From positions 1-59,091 of IMG/VR virus record IMGVR_UViG_3300027908_000029: a stretch of DNA of 59,091 bases; one strand, given 5' to 3'. The notes under the pieces are model-generated. The model was not told the origin of the DNA. It saw only the letters and a list, made by a program, of their open reading frames with translations, and ran no database searches. Below, one piece after another: positions 1 to 9,334 of the stretch; the stretch's first letter is position 1, and each line of letters starts with the position of its first letter. The translations under genes and the position numbers were made by a program. Source of the DNA: a virus (taxonomy: Duplodnaviria > Caudoviricetes).

Positions 1-118
1 CATCCCCCGGAGCACGTTGAACGCATCGGTGCGCATGTCGAGATGTGCTTGCTCAGACTGCTCCGTGTACTGTTCGCAAGCCGCACACGGTTGGCCCGCC
101 CGGTCAATGCATGAATGG

Positions 119-520
119 TCAGCCACGATATTCTCCTTTCGCTTTCTGTATCACCTGCGCAATCTTGCAAGGCAACTCGTTCAACTCTCGAATATCCTCG
201 GCCCGCAGAGAACTTGCACTCCAATTGAAATGATCCAGCGCATGGCCTATGGCAAACAGTTGAAACGCCTCTTCCAGCGCTGCCAGCATTTCAGGTGCCG
301 CTGCTATGAGCTTGGCATTGGCTTCCATTTCTTTCTCGATGGCACCGACCGAGTGATGCCAGCACGTGACGATCTCAATATCACGATTCCGCACCACTCG
401 CTGCCCGTTGCGATCCAGATCACCGACTGCCCACGGTCCCGGCGTGTGCTGTGTTGTTTCAGATACGGGCTTTTTCAGTACCGCTGCTCTCGCCTTCGCT
501 ACTCGATTCGCTTTCATCAT
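119..520 (-). CDS. Phage hypothetical protein (HTPGPW...ANAKLIAAAPEML family)
   Basis: Motif pair HTPGPW and ANAxLIAAAPxL recurs in phage early proteins; purine-rich RBS upstream. Confidence 0.75.
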   Translation of the reverse strand: MMKANRVAKARAAVLKKPVSETTQHTPGPWAVGDLDRNGQRVVRNRDIEIVTCWHHSVGAIEKEMEANAKLIAAAPEMLAALEEAFQLFAIGHALDHFNWSASSLRAEDIRELNELPCKIAQVIQKAKGEYRG

Positions 521-536
521 TTGCTAAACGCCCCTT

Positions 537-1196
537 TCAGTAATCCGTTTCCTCTGTGCTCCAGATTCTCACTCCCGCGATCACGCACTCGGCTTTCCCG
601 GCATTCACTGCATTGCGTATCGCCGACTCGCACGGCGTGAGAAACTCTCTCGGTATCTTCATGGCATCGACAATTTCGTAATGCCATTTGGTCCGCAGTC
701 TCACACCCGCAACTTTCGGCGCAGACTTCCTCACCTCGACTTCTTCCACAACCACTGGCGCGGCCATTACCTGTTTAGCTGCTTTGGCTTCTCCTGCGCG
801 TCTCAGTGCCTCCGCTGCTTCCTTGCGATCTCTCTCGGCTTCCGCTTGCAACTTGGCTTGCAGCGCCTCGGCTTCAGCTTTGGCTTTCTGCGCCTGTATC
901 TGTCTGTACCTGCGGATGGCATCGTCAACCGCTGTCTCGGCCTCGTATGGAATCGCGAGTGCCTCTTTCTCTTTGTCACACAGCGCTGTGTGCGCGGCTT
1001 TGGCTGTCCGCTTCAGTGGCGCGAAGAACTCAGTAATCGAATCGATCAGTTTCCCCACGCCTCGGCCAAACTCAATCGCCTCTTCATAGCTCTGTACGGA
1101 TGTGACTTTGATTCCTTTGGCTTCCTGTACCAGCGATAGCCCTTGTTTGCGAAACTTCGATTCGGTTACCGCTAAATCATTCGTTGCCACTGCCAT
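537..1196 (-). CDS. Coiled-coil phage protein, Gp157/Gam-like C-terminus
   Basis: ATG at 1196 with GGAGG RBS (ORF track extends to 1280); long helical region then WHYEIVDAMKIPREFL...IAGVRIW tail. Confidence 0.6.
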   Translation of the reverse strand: MAVATNDLAVTESKFRKQGLSLVQEAKGIKVTSVQSYEEAIEFGRGVGKLIDSITEFFAPLKRTAKAAHTALCDKEKEALAIPYEAETAVDDAIRRYRQIQAQKAKAEAEALQAKLQAEAERDRKEAAEALRRAGEAKAAKQVMAAPVVVEEVEVRKSAPKVAGVRLRTKWHYEIVDAMKIPREFLTPCESAIRNAVNAGKAECVIAGVRIWSTEETDY

Positions 1197-1209
1197 ATCG
1201 TGACGCCTC

Positions 1210-1542
1210 CTATGCGTCGAACCAACTAAACGCTTCATCTGATTCAAACCACACACACAGATGCATCGGCCACGATGCACTGAGCCTCAGCTTGACATCT
1301 TCAAACGAGCACCATGTGCTATCTGGTACGCTAATCCACTGCCCCCCTGACTCCTGCGACCTGCACAACCACCCGTACCCAGGGGGAGCCATGCGGACCT
1401 CGACCACACATGGTGCCACTTCTCCCGCGCCAATCAAATCGCCCAGTGGCAGCACTGTCCTTGCCCGCAGCTCAGCAATCGCTCTCAGCTTGCCCAGATG
1501 TTCACCCAGCTCGAAATAGTCTGCTTTGATTTCCGGCGGCAT
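1210..1542 (-). CDS. Hypothetical protein
   Basis: ORF with GGAG RBS, tightly packed in the leftward operon. Confidence 0.6.
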   Translation of the reverse strand: MPPEIKADYFELGEHLGKLRAIAELRARTVLPLGDLIGAGEVAPCVVEVRMAPPGYGWLCRSQESGGQWISVPDSTWCSFEDVKLRLSASWPMHLCVWFESDEAFSWFDA

Positions 1543-1549
1543 ACTCCGA

Positions 1550-1843
1550 TTACTCCTTTCGATCTTTGACCTGCTTCAGCCATTCAACCTCTCGATCTTT
1601 TGCCCATTCAGGCAGTCGCCAATTGGTCCCTTGGATAAATCCAGCCTTACCTGTTGGCAGCGGCAACTGTTCTCGATCAGTGCTGGTACTGTTCAACCAC
1701 AGACAGAATTTCACTCCGACCAACGTGCCTATGCCGAATCCCAAACTGAATACCGCGAATACAAAAACTGTGCATAACGTTGTCATTGTCAGTCCCTCCG
1801 AGTCAGTCTCCGTCTCCATCCTTGAACAGCCATTCAACCGCAC
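1550..1843 (-). CDS. Hypothetical membrane protein (start may be near 1786)
   Basis: Hydrophobic stretch LCTVFVFAVFSLGFGIGTLVGV; operon packing. Confidence 0.5.
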   Translation of the reverse strand: MRLNGCSRMETETDSEGLTMTTLCTVFVFAVFSLGFGIGTLVGVKFCLWLNSTSTDREQLPLPTGKAGFIQGTNWRLPEWAKDREVEWLKQVKDRKE

Positions 1844-1971
1844 TCAGTAGCAATCCCGCTAATCCCAGCACTGCCAGCACCACAACCACGATCACCACCA
1901 CTACCAGTACATACTCAATCACGATATTCACCGTCATGGGGTTCATGGGATGCACCTGTCCTAGCTCACTT

Positions 1972-2253
1972 TCACTTCCCGCAGCTCACAATGATCGTGT
2001 GATCCACGCCCGTCGGTCGCACCGTGGCGTCTCCGCCATTGAGACATTCCACGCGCAACTCACCTGCGTACTCGCCGCCCTCTGTCTTGCTCAGTCGATA
2101 CACGGATGCATCCGGCAGACTCTTCTTGACCACGACCACGAACTCATCCCCGCGAATCAACACGGTCAGCGCTACTCCCATAACTCCCAGCCACCAGACT
2201 ATCGACAGCACCGCGATTGAATCCCCGATCAGCTTGTACGTGGATGGTTTCAT
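1972..2253 (-). CDS. Hypothetical membrane protein
   Basis: One TM-like segment; start overlaps the upstream stop. Confidence 0.55.
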   Translation of the reverse strand: MKPSTYKLIGDSIAVLSIVWWLGVMGVALTVLIRGDEFVVVVKKSLPDASVYRLSKTEGGEYAGELRVECLNGGDATVRPTGVDHTIIVSCGK

Positions 2254-3176
2254 AACGTCCTCACAAATTCTTCCACACGGTCGAACTCATCCGCGACCAG
2301 CGTCAATGTCTCCCTGTGCTTCGCTTGCTCCTCGGTCGCTTCATCCATGCGGTCTGCATCTGTGACCTTGCCAATTGCCACTCGCACCAATTCAGCCAAC
2401 ACACTTGGCTCTAGCGCATCCAGCTCCCACGACTCCCCGCCGAACTCAGCAATGTACGCATTCGCCCGTGAATCCGTGATCTTTGCCGGATTAGGTGGCG
2501 GCCCGTACTGTTCAACCTGATCCATGTTCAGCGCCAGTCGCTCAAACTGCAAATTCATTCCCGTGAATAGTTGTAGCCTGTCCACGATGTCTCTGCTCAT
2601 GTCCTTACCGCTAGGATCGTGGTCGCCAAAATGGAAAATCACAGGCGTCTGTCGGTCGCCAACTGGCCCGATCTTGTTGCGCTTGTACTTCAGCAATCTC
2701 TGCGCCGCGACCCACATCTCAGATTGACTCGTATATCCTCTACAGCTAAACAGTGGCACATCCAATTCCTGGCACACACGCTGAAACACTCCGACCAGTG
2801 CGTCTTTCTCGATCCATACCTCTGGCCGATACTTCTGCCCGTTCCATCTGTCGATGTTGAATTGCTCCGCGCACGCACTCACGATCTCGCTTGGATCAGT
2901 CCAGTGTGACAACGTTCTCAGCTCCCGCGTGCGATCCACGATGGCGTCCCAGTCGATCATGCCCGCCAACCGTCCATCATTGATAACACTGCCAAGATTC
3001 TTATAACTCTTGAGAGTGTTTGGAATGATATCCCTGCTGACAAACTGGTAATACAACTGCCTCAGCGTCAGATCGAATCCCTGCGCTTGGTACTCGGCGA
3101 TAATCTGATTGGCAGTGGCAATCAGCGCCAGCGTCGGCGGACGAAAGTTAAAATCCTGATACTTGATCTTCGGCAT
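2250..3176 (-). CDS. TOPRIM-domain protein, topoisomerase VI subunit A/Spo11-like
   Basis: LTLRQLYYQ winged-helix motif with candidate catalytic Tyr, WIEKDAL, GDHDPSG (DxD), WELDAL; ATG at 3176 overlaps the upstream TGA. Confidence 0.8.
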   Translation of the reverse strand: MPKIKYQDFNFRPPTLALIATANQIIAEYQAQGFDLTLRQLYYQFVSRDIIPNTLKSYKNLGSVINDGRLAGMIDWDAIVDRTRELRTLSHWTDPSEIVSACAEQFNIDRWNGQKYRPEVWIEKDALVGVFQRVCQELDVPLFSCRGYTSQSEMWVAAQRLLKYKRNKIGPVGDRQTPVIFHFGDHDPSGKDMSRDIVDRLQLFTGMNLQFERLALNMDQVEQYGPPPNPAKITDSRANAYIAEFGGESWELDALEPSVLAELVRVAIGKVTDADRMDEATEEQAKHRETLTLVADEFDRVEEFVRTL

Positions 3177-3526
3177 CACGCGCCAACTCTCTGCCAATGC
3201 CGCTCACAATAACACTGGCCTGACTCCACTCCCACCACCACCGCTGCCTGCATACACATCTCTCCATCTGCTAATCCATCCAGACTCTCTGGCCCCGTGT
3301 AAGCACATAGCAACGCCGCGAACACCTCCCCCGCCAGCACTCCATTCCTCGCCACTGGGCACCACGCCCATCTCCCCTGTGCATGCGCGTATCTCGGCGC
3401 ATAGCAGCACGCGCACAGCGTATGATCGACATGCCGCGCCGCCACCCGATCAACCACTCCAGAGATAAGCTCAATCGTGCGCGTCAGCGGAATATACTGA
3501 ACCATCAATTCTTGTTCCCTGTCCAT
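3176..3526 (-). CDS. Cys-rich hypothetical protein
   Basis: TGATG coupling to the TOPRIM gene; GGAGG upstream. Confidence 0.5.
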   Translation of the reverse strand: MDREQELMVQYIPLTRTIELISGVVDRVAARHVDHTLCACCYAPRYAHAQGRWAWCPVARNGVLAGEVFAALLCAYTGPESLDGLADGEMCMQAAVVVGVESGQCYCERHWQRVGA

Positions 3527-3530
3527 TGAG

Positions 3531-3800
3531 CTAGCCTCCAGTTGCGAATTTAACCGATCGTGCCGACTTCAACTTCCCGCGCATCAATTCGTCATATTCC
3601 CGTCTACATTCCCGCTCATTGGCCCGCAGCATCTCTCTTAAATCGCTTAAATCTCCCCAGCAGTGCCGCGTGCAGCAGTGGACCTCGGGTAGTGTTTTCC
3701 TGCCGCATGTCTCTTTTCGCAAATGCCCTTCAGAGTTAAAACACCTACCCTGACACTGTGGGCATCTAGCCTTGCATGGATGGGACTCCGCTAGGTTCAT
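3531..3800 (-). CDS. Cys/His-rich hypothetical protein
   Basis: CPQC and further Cys/His residues; ATGA overlap. Confidence 0.55.
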   Translation of the reverse strand: MNLAESHPCKARCPQCQGRCFNSEGHLRKETCGRKTLPEVHCCTRHCWGDLSDLREMLRANERECRREYDELMRGKLKSARSVKFATGG

Positions 3801-4366
3801 GCGCCGGCCTGCGTGGTCTGCATCCGGTTAATCAGCTTGTCAATACTCTCGCTGGTCAATGCATCGCCGTGTTCCAGCGCAATCCCGGCATAATCCAAAG
3901 GAATGCCTTCTGTTTCCGTCATGTTGTCGGTGACCTCGGCCTGCCACATCCGCAATGCAGCCAGAACCGTGTCGTATTCTCGCTTTGTCAGTTTGATAGC
4001 TATGCTCATCGAAATCACCTCATTCCTGTCAATCCCAGCCCGCTGTATCGATAATTCCGCCTGTACCCTTGCCGGACTACCTGCCAAGTGGTTCCACGAT
4101 GCGCCAAGCAGACTGCTCGCTCTCCCGCCGCCAGCGTCAAACTCGAATCCGTAACTGGTCTGCCGCAATACCGTGCGCGGCCTCGGAGCATTCCCGTTGT
4201 CTCCCATGAGACTTGCCACTAATGCCCATCGACTCCCGACCGTGAACATGCGTTTCAATTCCGCTCGGCTGATCCGAGTCTCACTCTTTACCGCTGCAAC
4301 TCCCAGCGCTATTTCCAATGTGCTCGGTACCGTGACAATCGTTTTCATGAGTCTCCCTCTTTTCAC
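3797..4366 (-). CDS. Hypothetical protein (possible internal start at 4009)
   Basis: C-terminal LTKREYDTVLAALRMWQ motif typical of small phage proteins; GAGGTG RBS before ATG 4009. Confidence 0.55.
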   Translation of the reverse strand: MKRGRLMKTIVTVPSTLEIALGVAAVKSETRISRAELKRMFTVGSRWALVASLMGDNGNAPRPRTVLRQTSYGFEFDAGGGRASSLLGASWNHLAGSPARVQAELSIQRAGIDRNEVISMSIAIKLTKREYDTVLAALRMWQAEVTDNMTETEGIPLDYAGIALEHGDALTSESIDKLINRMQTTQAGA

Positions 4367-4596
4367 AGGTCAAAAAGTATTTTGCCTAACGTGGCGTCGT
4401 CCATTGCCTGAATTCGTTCCCGCTTGATCGCATCTGACAATTCCGTCTCCAGTTGGAACATGCGGGCATTCAAGCTGTACACTTCGCCAGACAATCCGCC
4501 ATTCATGCAAGATATACGGCGAACCCCTTTGGCTTTCATCTCGCGGCGAGTATCCCGAATCTGTTTTCTGATATCTGCGCTGGTCATGCTGTCCAC
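4363..4596 (-). CDS. Hypothetical protein
   Basis: AGGAG RBS, operon packing. Confidence 0.55.
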   Translation of the reverse strand: MDSMTSADIRKQIRDTRREMKAKGVRRISCMNGGLSGEVYSLNARMFQLETELSDAIKRERIQAMDDATLGKILFDL

Positions 4597-4598
4597 TC

Positions 4599-4910
4599 CT
4601 AAATCAATTTGTGTTTATTCAGTACCCCAGGTTCCGTCGAATCTTTCCGACACGTCCCCCACGCCATGAACCACGCGCGACCGTCGATATCACTCGCTTT
4701 CAAACACACTTTCCGCTCATCTGCCAGCGCCGCGCCGTGTGTCCGATACGGCCCTGCCATGAGAAACACTCTGCCGCTATCGTCGATGCACGATACGTAG
4801 TATCCTCCGACCGGCGGGCAATCTTCAGGCGTGCACACGTGTACGCGGTTGTCTGTGAGTGCTTGTGCTTTGCTCCCAGGTGCGAATCCTAGTCCAGATG
4901 ACGTTGCCAT
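4599..4910 (-). CDS. Hypothetical protein
   Basis: AAGGAG RBS, ATG start. Confidence 0.65.
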   Translation of the reverse strand: MATSSGLGFAPGSKAQALTDNRVHVCTPEDCPPVGGYYVSCIDDSGRVFLMAGPYRTHGAALADERKVCLKASDIDGRAWFMAWGTCRKDSTEPGVLNKHKLI

Positions 4911-4973
4911 GACTCATGCTCCTTCGCATTGCGCGTTAGGTGCGCGTCCCAAGTGTGCTACGGGATACTGGTA

Positions 4974-5198
4974 CTAATTGTCCTGCCAATCCAATTTCTG
5001 CCCGCATCTGACGCACTTGTAATCTGTGTCATCGTAATCGGGGTGTTCCGCGTCATAGCCGAAACAATTCCCGCGTCCGTCCGGACCTTCGCCAGTCTTG
5101 GACACATCCCCGAATAACCGTTCGGCTGTGGCTTCGGTTGGATAGCAATCCTTGCAGTAGTCGCGCGGATCGTTTCCAGAGTCATAGATTCGTGGCAT
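4974..5198 (-). CDS. Small acidic Zn-ribbon-like protein
   Basis: CKDC...CVRC; AAGGAG RBS. Confidence 0.6.
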   Translation of the reverse strand: MPRIYDSGNDPRDYCKDCYPTEATAERLFGDVSKTGEGPDGRGNCFGYDAEHPDYDDTDYKCVRCGQKLDWQDN

Positions 5199-5234
5199 GT
5201 GCGTTGCTCCTTTTCGAGTGGAATTCCTGCTTGT

Positions 5235-5510
5235 CTATCGCCGTGCCCTTTCCAGATCGTCCTCGCTGGCAACTTCCAATGAATCCCCGCAATAATCGCA
5301 AACCGTCTTGTCGATGGCGTCAGTGTCCCATCCAAAGCCTAGCGGCTTCAGCTCGGCATGCGTACGGTTGAACGCATCGCGGCAGTCACGATCCGGACAA
5401 AAGAAGTAAACCCGGCCATTCGCTTCCAATTGGCCGTCTACGCCAATCGGTTCCATTTCGTACAGCGCTGGTACTGATCGCATTCGCGTCATAAACCTGT
5501 AACCTCCCAT
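5235..5510 (-). CDS. Small Zn-ribbon-like protein (start probably 5492)
   Basis: CPDRDC...CDYC; GGAGG RBS upstream of the later ATG. Confidence 0.55.
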   Translation of the reverse strand: MGGYRFMTRMRSVPALYEMEPIGVDGQLEANGRVYFFCPDRDCRDAFNRTHAELKPLGFGWDTDAIDKTVCDYCGDSLEVASEDDLERARR

Positions 5511-5517
5511 TCGTTAT

Positions 5518-5532
5518 TAATCGTTAACGAAT
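5518..5532. promoter_or_regulatory. Palindromic operator-like site TAATCGTTAACGAAT, copy 1
   Basis: Identical 15-mer at 7301 and 7324; perfect palindromic core TCGTTAACGA; just downstream of a leftward promoter. Confidence 0.7.
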
Positions 5533-5546
5533 CGAACTCTGCCCGC

Positions 5547-5575
5547 ACTATGCTCCCTGCCAGTAATCTTGTCAA
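5547..5575 (-). promoter_or_regulatory. Sigma70-type promoter TTGACA-N17-CATAGT
   Basis: Consensus -35, 17 bp spacer, same -10 hexamer as the promoter at 7291-7320. Confidence 0.65.
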
Positions 5576-5732
5576 GCTAAATCGCTAGTACTCTCTATCG
5601 ACTGCTCGCGACACTGCCACTGCTACTCCCCTACCACTGCCACTATCCGCCCTGTGCATCTACCACTCGCCGCACTATGCATCTTAGTAATGCCAGATAC
5701 CCACCTGCCAGATGCATCAAACGCAAGGCAGA

Positions 5733-5799
5733 TTGTTAACGATTAGCACCCGTCATCAACCTGCCCTGCCTATGCCGCAACTGTACTCGTTAACGATTA
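5733..5799. promoter_or_regulatory. Two further operator-like copies (5733-5745 and 5787-5799)
   Basis: TTGTTAACGATTA and TCGTTAACGATTA are reverse complements of the motif. Confidence 0.55.
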
Positions 5800-6903
5800 C
5801 AGCAATCCCAATTCCCGCGCATCCATACTCGAATTGTCTCCCTGTGCAAACGTTAACGTTCTGTGTTCAGGGAGACCAGCGGACACTTCGAGTAACACTT
5901 CGAGCGCTTGCGATTTCAACCTGTCGCCCGTGCCAGTGACAGCATTCTCCGCCCGCGCCTGAGCTTGACTATACCCAGCATCCATGCGGCTCTCAGTGAT
6001 ACGTGCATTGCGAAAGTGATCCGTGTACTCAGTGACCGCATTCAGCAGATTGTATGCCGTTCCACGAATGCTGGGAAACGCATCCTTATCGTTTGACTCA
6101 TACAACGCGAGCACATCTGCGAGCAAGTTCTCACGTTTCGTAGTGCTCGCCGCAGAGACCGTATCAGCGTCTTTTGGCTTGGGAAACAACCTGTCCAACG
6201 CCATGACCATCGTGTCCCGAGTGAGTCTCCGCGCGGCCAGCGTGTTCAACTTGTCTTCCAATCGTTTCGCGTCCATCGCGACGCCGGTCAATGCCTGCTT
6301 TGCCCTGTCCAATCGCGCATCAGCATTCCGAGTGTGTTTGACACGGAAGCATGCACCTTCGTCAGACATTGCAGCACTAAGTGTGTTCTGGCATACCACG
6401 CGCACACTGGAGAGTTTAGCGGTATGCGCCATCGACCCGTCGTGAGACGTGGCGAATACCAGATAGGTTTCGCTCTTGTCCACGCCAGCGACAGTAATGT
6501 CAGCCTTAGGCACTCGCACTGCGCACCAAATGCGCGCGCCATTACCCAATGCACCCGCGCTGTCATAGTGTGACCCGCCATTCGCCTCCAGCAATGCATC
6601 GACAAACTGAAAGTGTTGATCGTTCTGCCGGATCGTGAATCCCTCGCCGACTGTACCGAGTTCTGCCATGTCTGAGTCCCGATAGATCGTGTAGGACTTA
6701 GTCGGGACCACTTTGCCCATGGGGTTCCGTGCGTAGTTCTGTTGCTTGGTCACTTGCCAGTTGAGCCCTGCCAGTTGCATTGCTTCCGTCCAAGAGACCG
6801 CGCCGTCCACTCTCTGCCCTAACTCATGCCATGCGGCCTTTCTATCCCCCACTACAAACATGCAATCCTTGCCAGTTGAATCACGGTAGATGTTATGCGC
6901 CAT
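5797..6903 (-). CDS. DUF932 family phage/plasmid protein (TIGR03299-like)
   Basis: MAHN start, AWHELG, AGLNWQV, SAGALGNG, SHDGS, VRVVCQNTL, GTAYNLLNAVTEYTDH motifs. Confidence 0.9.
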   Translation of the reverse strand: MAHNIYRDSTGKDCMFVVGDRKAAWHELGQRVDGAVSWTEAMQLAGLNWQVTKQQNYARNPMGKVVPTKSYTIYRDSDMAELGTVGEGFTIRQNDQHFQFVDALLEANGGSHYDSAGALGNGARIWCAVRVPKADITVAGVDKSETYLVFATSHDGSMAHTAKLSSVRVVCQNTLSAAMSDEGACFRVKHTRNADARLDRAKQALTGVAMDAKRLEDKLNTLAARRLTRDTMVMALDRLFPKPKDADTVSAASTTKRENLLADVLALYESNDKDAFPSIRGTAYNLLNAVTEYTDHFRNARITESRMDAGYSQAQARAENAVTGTGDRLKSQALEVLLEVSAGLPEHRTLTFAQGDNSSMDARELGLL

Positions 6904-7031
6904 AGAGTGCTCCTGTCATGTAACTACCTGTGCGGCAGAGTAGGTGCGCCGCGCCACCGATTGAACAACTAATGATGCGCATATGCGAGTGTCAATGTAT
7001 CGTGACACGATATATGCGCACGATAGGTGCT

Positions 7032-7250
7032 CTAATCGCGGTCATCCCACGCGGCAGGCCCGCAGTCGATGTACCGCGCGTGCTGCTCATCTCTGCTAGC
7101 AATGGACTCGCCGCGCGAATCACGCGGAGTCTCAGCGCATGACTTGCACAGGCCGTCATGCGTGCGGGCGTATTTTAGGTTGGTAACGTGGCCACACTTT
7201 GATTCAATAGTGAATCGGCCGATAATGCGATAACCTTGGATGGTTGCCAT
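7032..7250 (-). CDS. Small hypothetical protein, first gene of the leftward arm
   Basis: AGGAG RBS, directly downstream of a promoter. Confidence 0.6.
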   Translation of the reverse strand: MATIQGYRIIGRFTIESKCGHVTNLKYARTHDGLCKSCAETPRDSRGESIASRDEQHARYIDCGPAAWDDRD

Positions 7251-7290
7251 TGCCTCTAATCTCCTGTGCTCCGAGATATACAGCCAGACA

Positions 7291-7338
7291 ACTATGCGCC
7301 TAATCGTTAACGAATGTCAAGCATAATCGTTAACGAAT
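7291..7338 (-). promoter_or_regulatory. Leftward promoter TTGACA-N18-CATAGT overlapped by two tandem operators (7301-7315, 7324-7338)
   Basis: Two identical 15-mers 23 bp apart flank the -35 box. Confidence 0.75.
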
Positions 7339-7660
7339 ACGAAAATAGTTATCCGCATACACTGGCACGCATACTATTAGTACTGTGCATGGTGCGGATG
7401 GCGGATGGCGGATGACTCCCTGTGCTTGCCAGTGCTGGCAGTGGCAGATACCATGACTCGCTGTACAGCTAGGCAGATGCATAGGTGCATCCACTGGTCT
7501 ACCGCTCATTCGCTGTACAAGCAGTGGTAGTGGCAGACCTGCCGAGCAAAGGGTGCCCCTACCCCTCCGCGAGTACCCGATGGGCAATTGCTGGACTCTC
7601 ATACGTCTTGCTCAAACCGCTATTATTCTTTTAGTTATTCTGGGTGAATATTTTTTATTC

Positions 7661-7689
7661 TTGACACGGCCATTATCCGCGTGTACTCT
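7661..7689 (+). promoter_or_regulatory. Rightward promoter TTGACA-N17-TACTCT with AT-rich upstream element
   Basis: Consensus -35, 17 bp spacer, AT tract at 7620-7660, heads the rightward arm. Confidence 0.7.
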
Positions 7690-8010
7690 GGCTGCACTGA
7701 GTTATTCAAGTTGAATAAGAAATCGAAATCTCGATTTAACGGTGTGACAGTCGGTGTGTCGGTAGGTACAGCCGTCGATGCGTCGGATAGCACGATTACC
7801 GATGTGGGGATTGTCACGTTACTGGAGCAACGGAGAGGTGGCAGCAGCCGCAGGAAATTCTGGAGGGATATCATTGCCGCGACCGGCATGAAGTTTTCGT
7901 ACTCGCATCTGGCGAATATTCTGACTGGCAGACGCCCGCCGAATGATGTCGTGTTGAAGTTTCTGGGGATCGAGCGGGTGGAAGGTTACCGGGGAGTGAG
8001 TGCGAAATGA
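7681..8010 (+). CDS. Cro/XRE-like HTH regulator (true start likely downstream of 7700)
   Basis: FSYSHLANILTGRRPPNDVVLKFLG resembles an XRE recognition helix; first gene after the divergent promoter. Confidence 0.6.
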   Translation: MYSGCTELFKLNKKSKSRFNGVTVGVSVGTAVDASDSTITDVGIVTLLEQRRGGSSRRKFWRDIIAATGMKFSYSHLANILTGRRPPNDVVLKFLGIERVEGYRGVSAK

Positions 8011-8228
8011 TCATCCGTCCCGAGGACAATCGAGCGATGTACGACGCGATCTGGGGTCGGGCAAGGTTCGGAGGGAATGCTAGGCAGCGGCGAAAGATCA
8101 AGCGTGCGCTGATGCGGCGAGTAGTAGCGGCGGGGAAAGTAGTCGAGCATCAGATTGAGCACTTTTTTGATGAGAGTCCGGTGCAGCGGAAGATCAGAGA
8201 GCAGTATGCAGAGGGAAGCGCGAAATGA
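8007..8228 (+). CDS. Hypothetical protein
   Basis: ATGA overlaps at both ends. Confidence 0.6.
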   Translation: MIIRPEDNRAMYDAIWGRARFGGNARQRRKIKRALMRRVVAAGKVVEHQIEHFFDESPVQRKIREQYAEGSAK

Positions 8229-8476
8229 CCGATGACTACAACCGCAAAGTAGCACTTGCATACGCGCTGACTCAAGCCATGGAGTATTGGGAGCGCCGCG
8301 CGGATGATCTTAGAGTGAGTGTGTGTAATGACCCGACGAGCGCGCTCACCGATGACTGGTCGCTGCTCGGGCCGGATGTGATGGAAGCGGCAGTACGGGC
8401 GGTGGCGCGGGCACGGTTACTCCGCAGACATCGATTTCAACGCCAACGCCTACGAGCGCACGATCCCAGTGAGTGA
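8225..8476 (+). CDS. Hypothetical protein
   Basis: ATGA overlap, operon packing. Confidence 0.55.
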   Translation: MTDDYNRKVALAYALTQAMEYWERRADDLRVSVCNDPTSALTDDWSLLGPDVMEAAVRAVARARLLRRHRFQRQRLRAHDPSE

Positions 8477-8602
8477 CCGATTCTACAACGAACTCATGGA
8501 GTATCTGCATCCGACAGAGCGCTGGGTATCGGCGGATGGACGAGTAGGACTGGTATTGTACGCGCCGCCGAATAAGCGGCTGATGTTTGTGCGGGAGGGG
8601 CG

Positions 8603-8815
8603 ATGAGCATAGGCAGGCACGGTCCAAGGTATAGCCGGAGGGCGGAGCGCCACGCTCCTGATGGCGATGCCAAGTTGCGCGCTATGCTCATGGATGCGGC
8701 GCGCACAGCACTGCTCAAAGCCGCAGAATGGTGTGAGCACGGCGAGTGGGGATGGGCGTTGGTAATGACGGAGCAGGCCGAGGCACTGTTGAAGTCGGCG
8801 AAGGCATTGGACTGA
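8603..8815 (+). CDS. Hypothetical protein
   Basis: GGAGG RBS; TGATG coupling to the next gene. Confidence 0.55.
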   Translation: MSIGRHGPRYSRRAERHAPDGDAKLRAMLMDAARTALLKAAEWCEHGEWGWALVMTEQAEALLKSAKALD

Positions 8816-9195
8816 TGGCTGGCAAACTCAAATCCGAAATATCCGACTCGGCAGAATGGCGCAGAGCCAACCAGCAGAAGATCGAGGCAGCGGTCGATAG
8901 CGTCAAGAAATATCACGATGCGCTATTGTCCGAGTACGACAACTGGGACAATCCGGATATCCAAGCGGCGAACTTTAGGCAGATGATCAAGGGGATGAAG
9001 ATCCTGATCGACAGTTGGACATGGTTGCACTCGCATTATCATCACTTCCAGAAATATCACGCGGCGGACGCGGATGCGTTTATGAGCGGCATGTGCTATA
9101 TCGGTGTGCAGTGCGTCGAGTGTGAGTTCTCGCGGTCGCAGCAGAGAGCGGTGGACGAGAATGCAGAGTTGACGAGAGTCGGAGGGGCGGAGTGA
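8815..9195 (+). CDS. Hypothetical protein
   Basis: ATG at 8815 coupled to the upstream stop; C-terminal CVEC. Confidence 0.6.
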   Translation: MAGKLKSEISDSAEWRRANQQKIEAAVDSVKKYHDALLSEYDNWDNPDIQAANFRQMIKGMKILIDSWTWLHSHYHHFQKYHAADADAFMSGMCYIGVQCVECEFSRSQQRAVDENAELTRVGGAE

Positions 9196-9334
9196 CTGAT
9201 GCTCCGACCATCCCCTCCACCGATCCCCGCACTGTGCCCTGCCCGAAATGTGGCGCGGACGCCACGGAGTCGAATGCAATGATCTACTGTGGCTCGTGTA
9301 AAAGGCGGTATGGATTGATCGAGAGGCCGACTGA

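Noticed and set aside
5518-7338. Repeated 15-mer as a CRISPR or mini-array
   Set aside because: Repeats are too short, irregularly spaced and in mixed orientation, and no cas gene is present; an operator fits better
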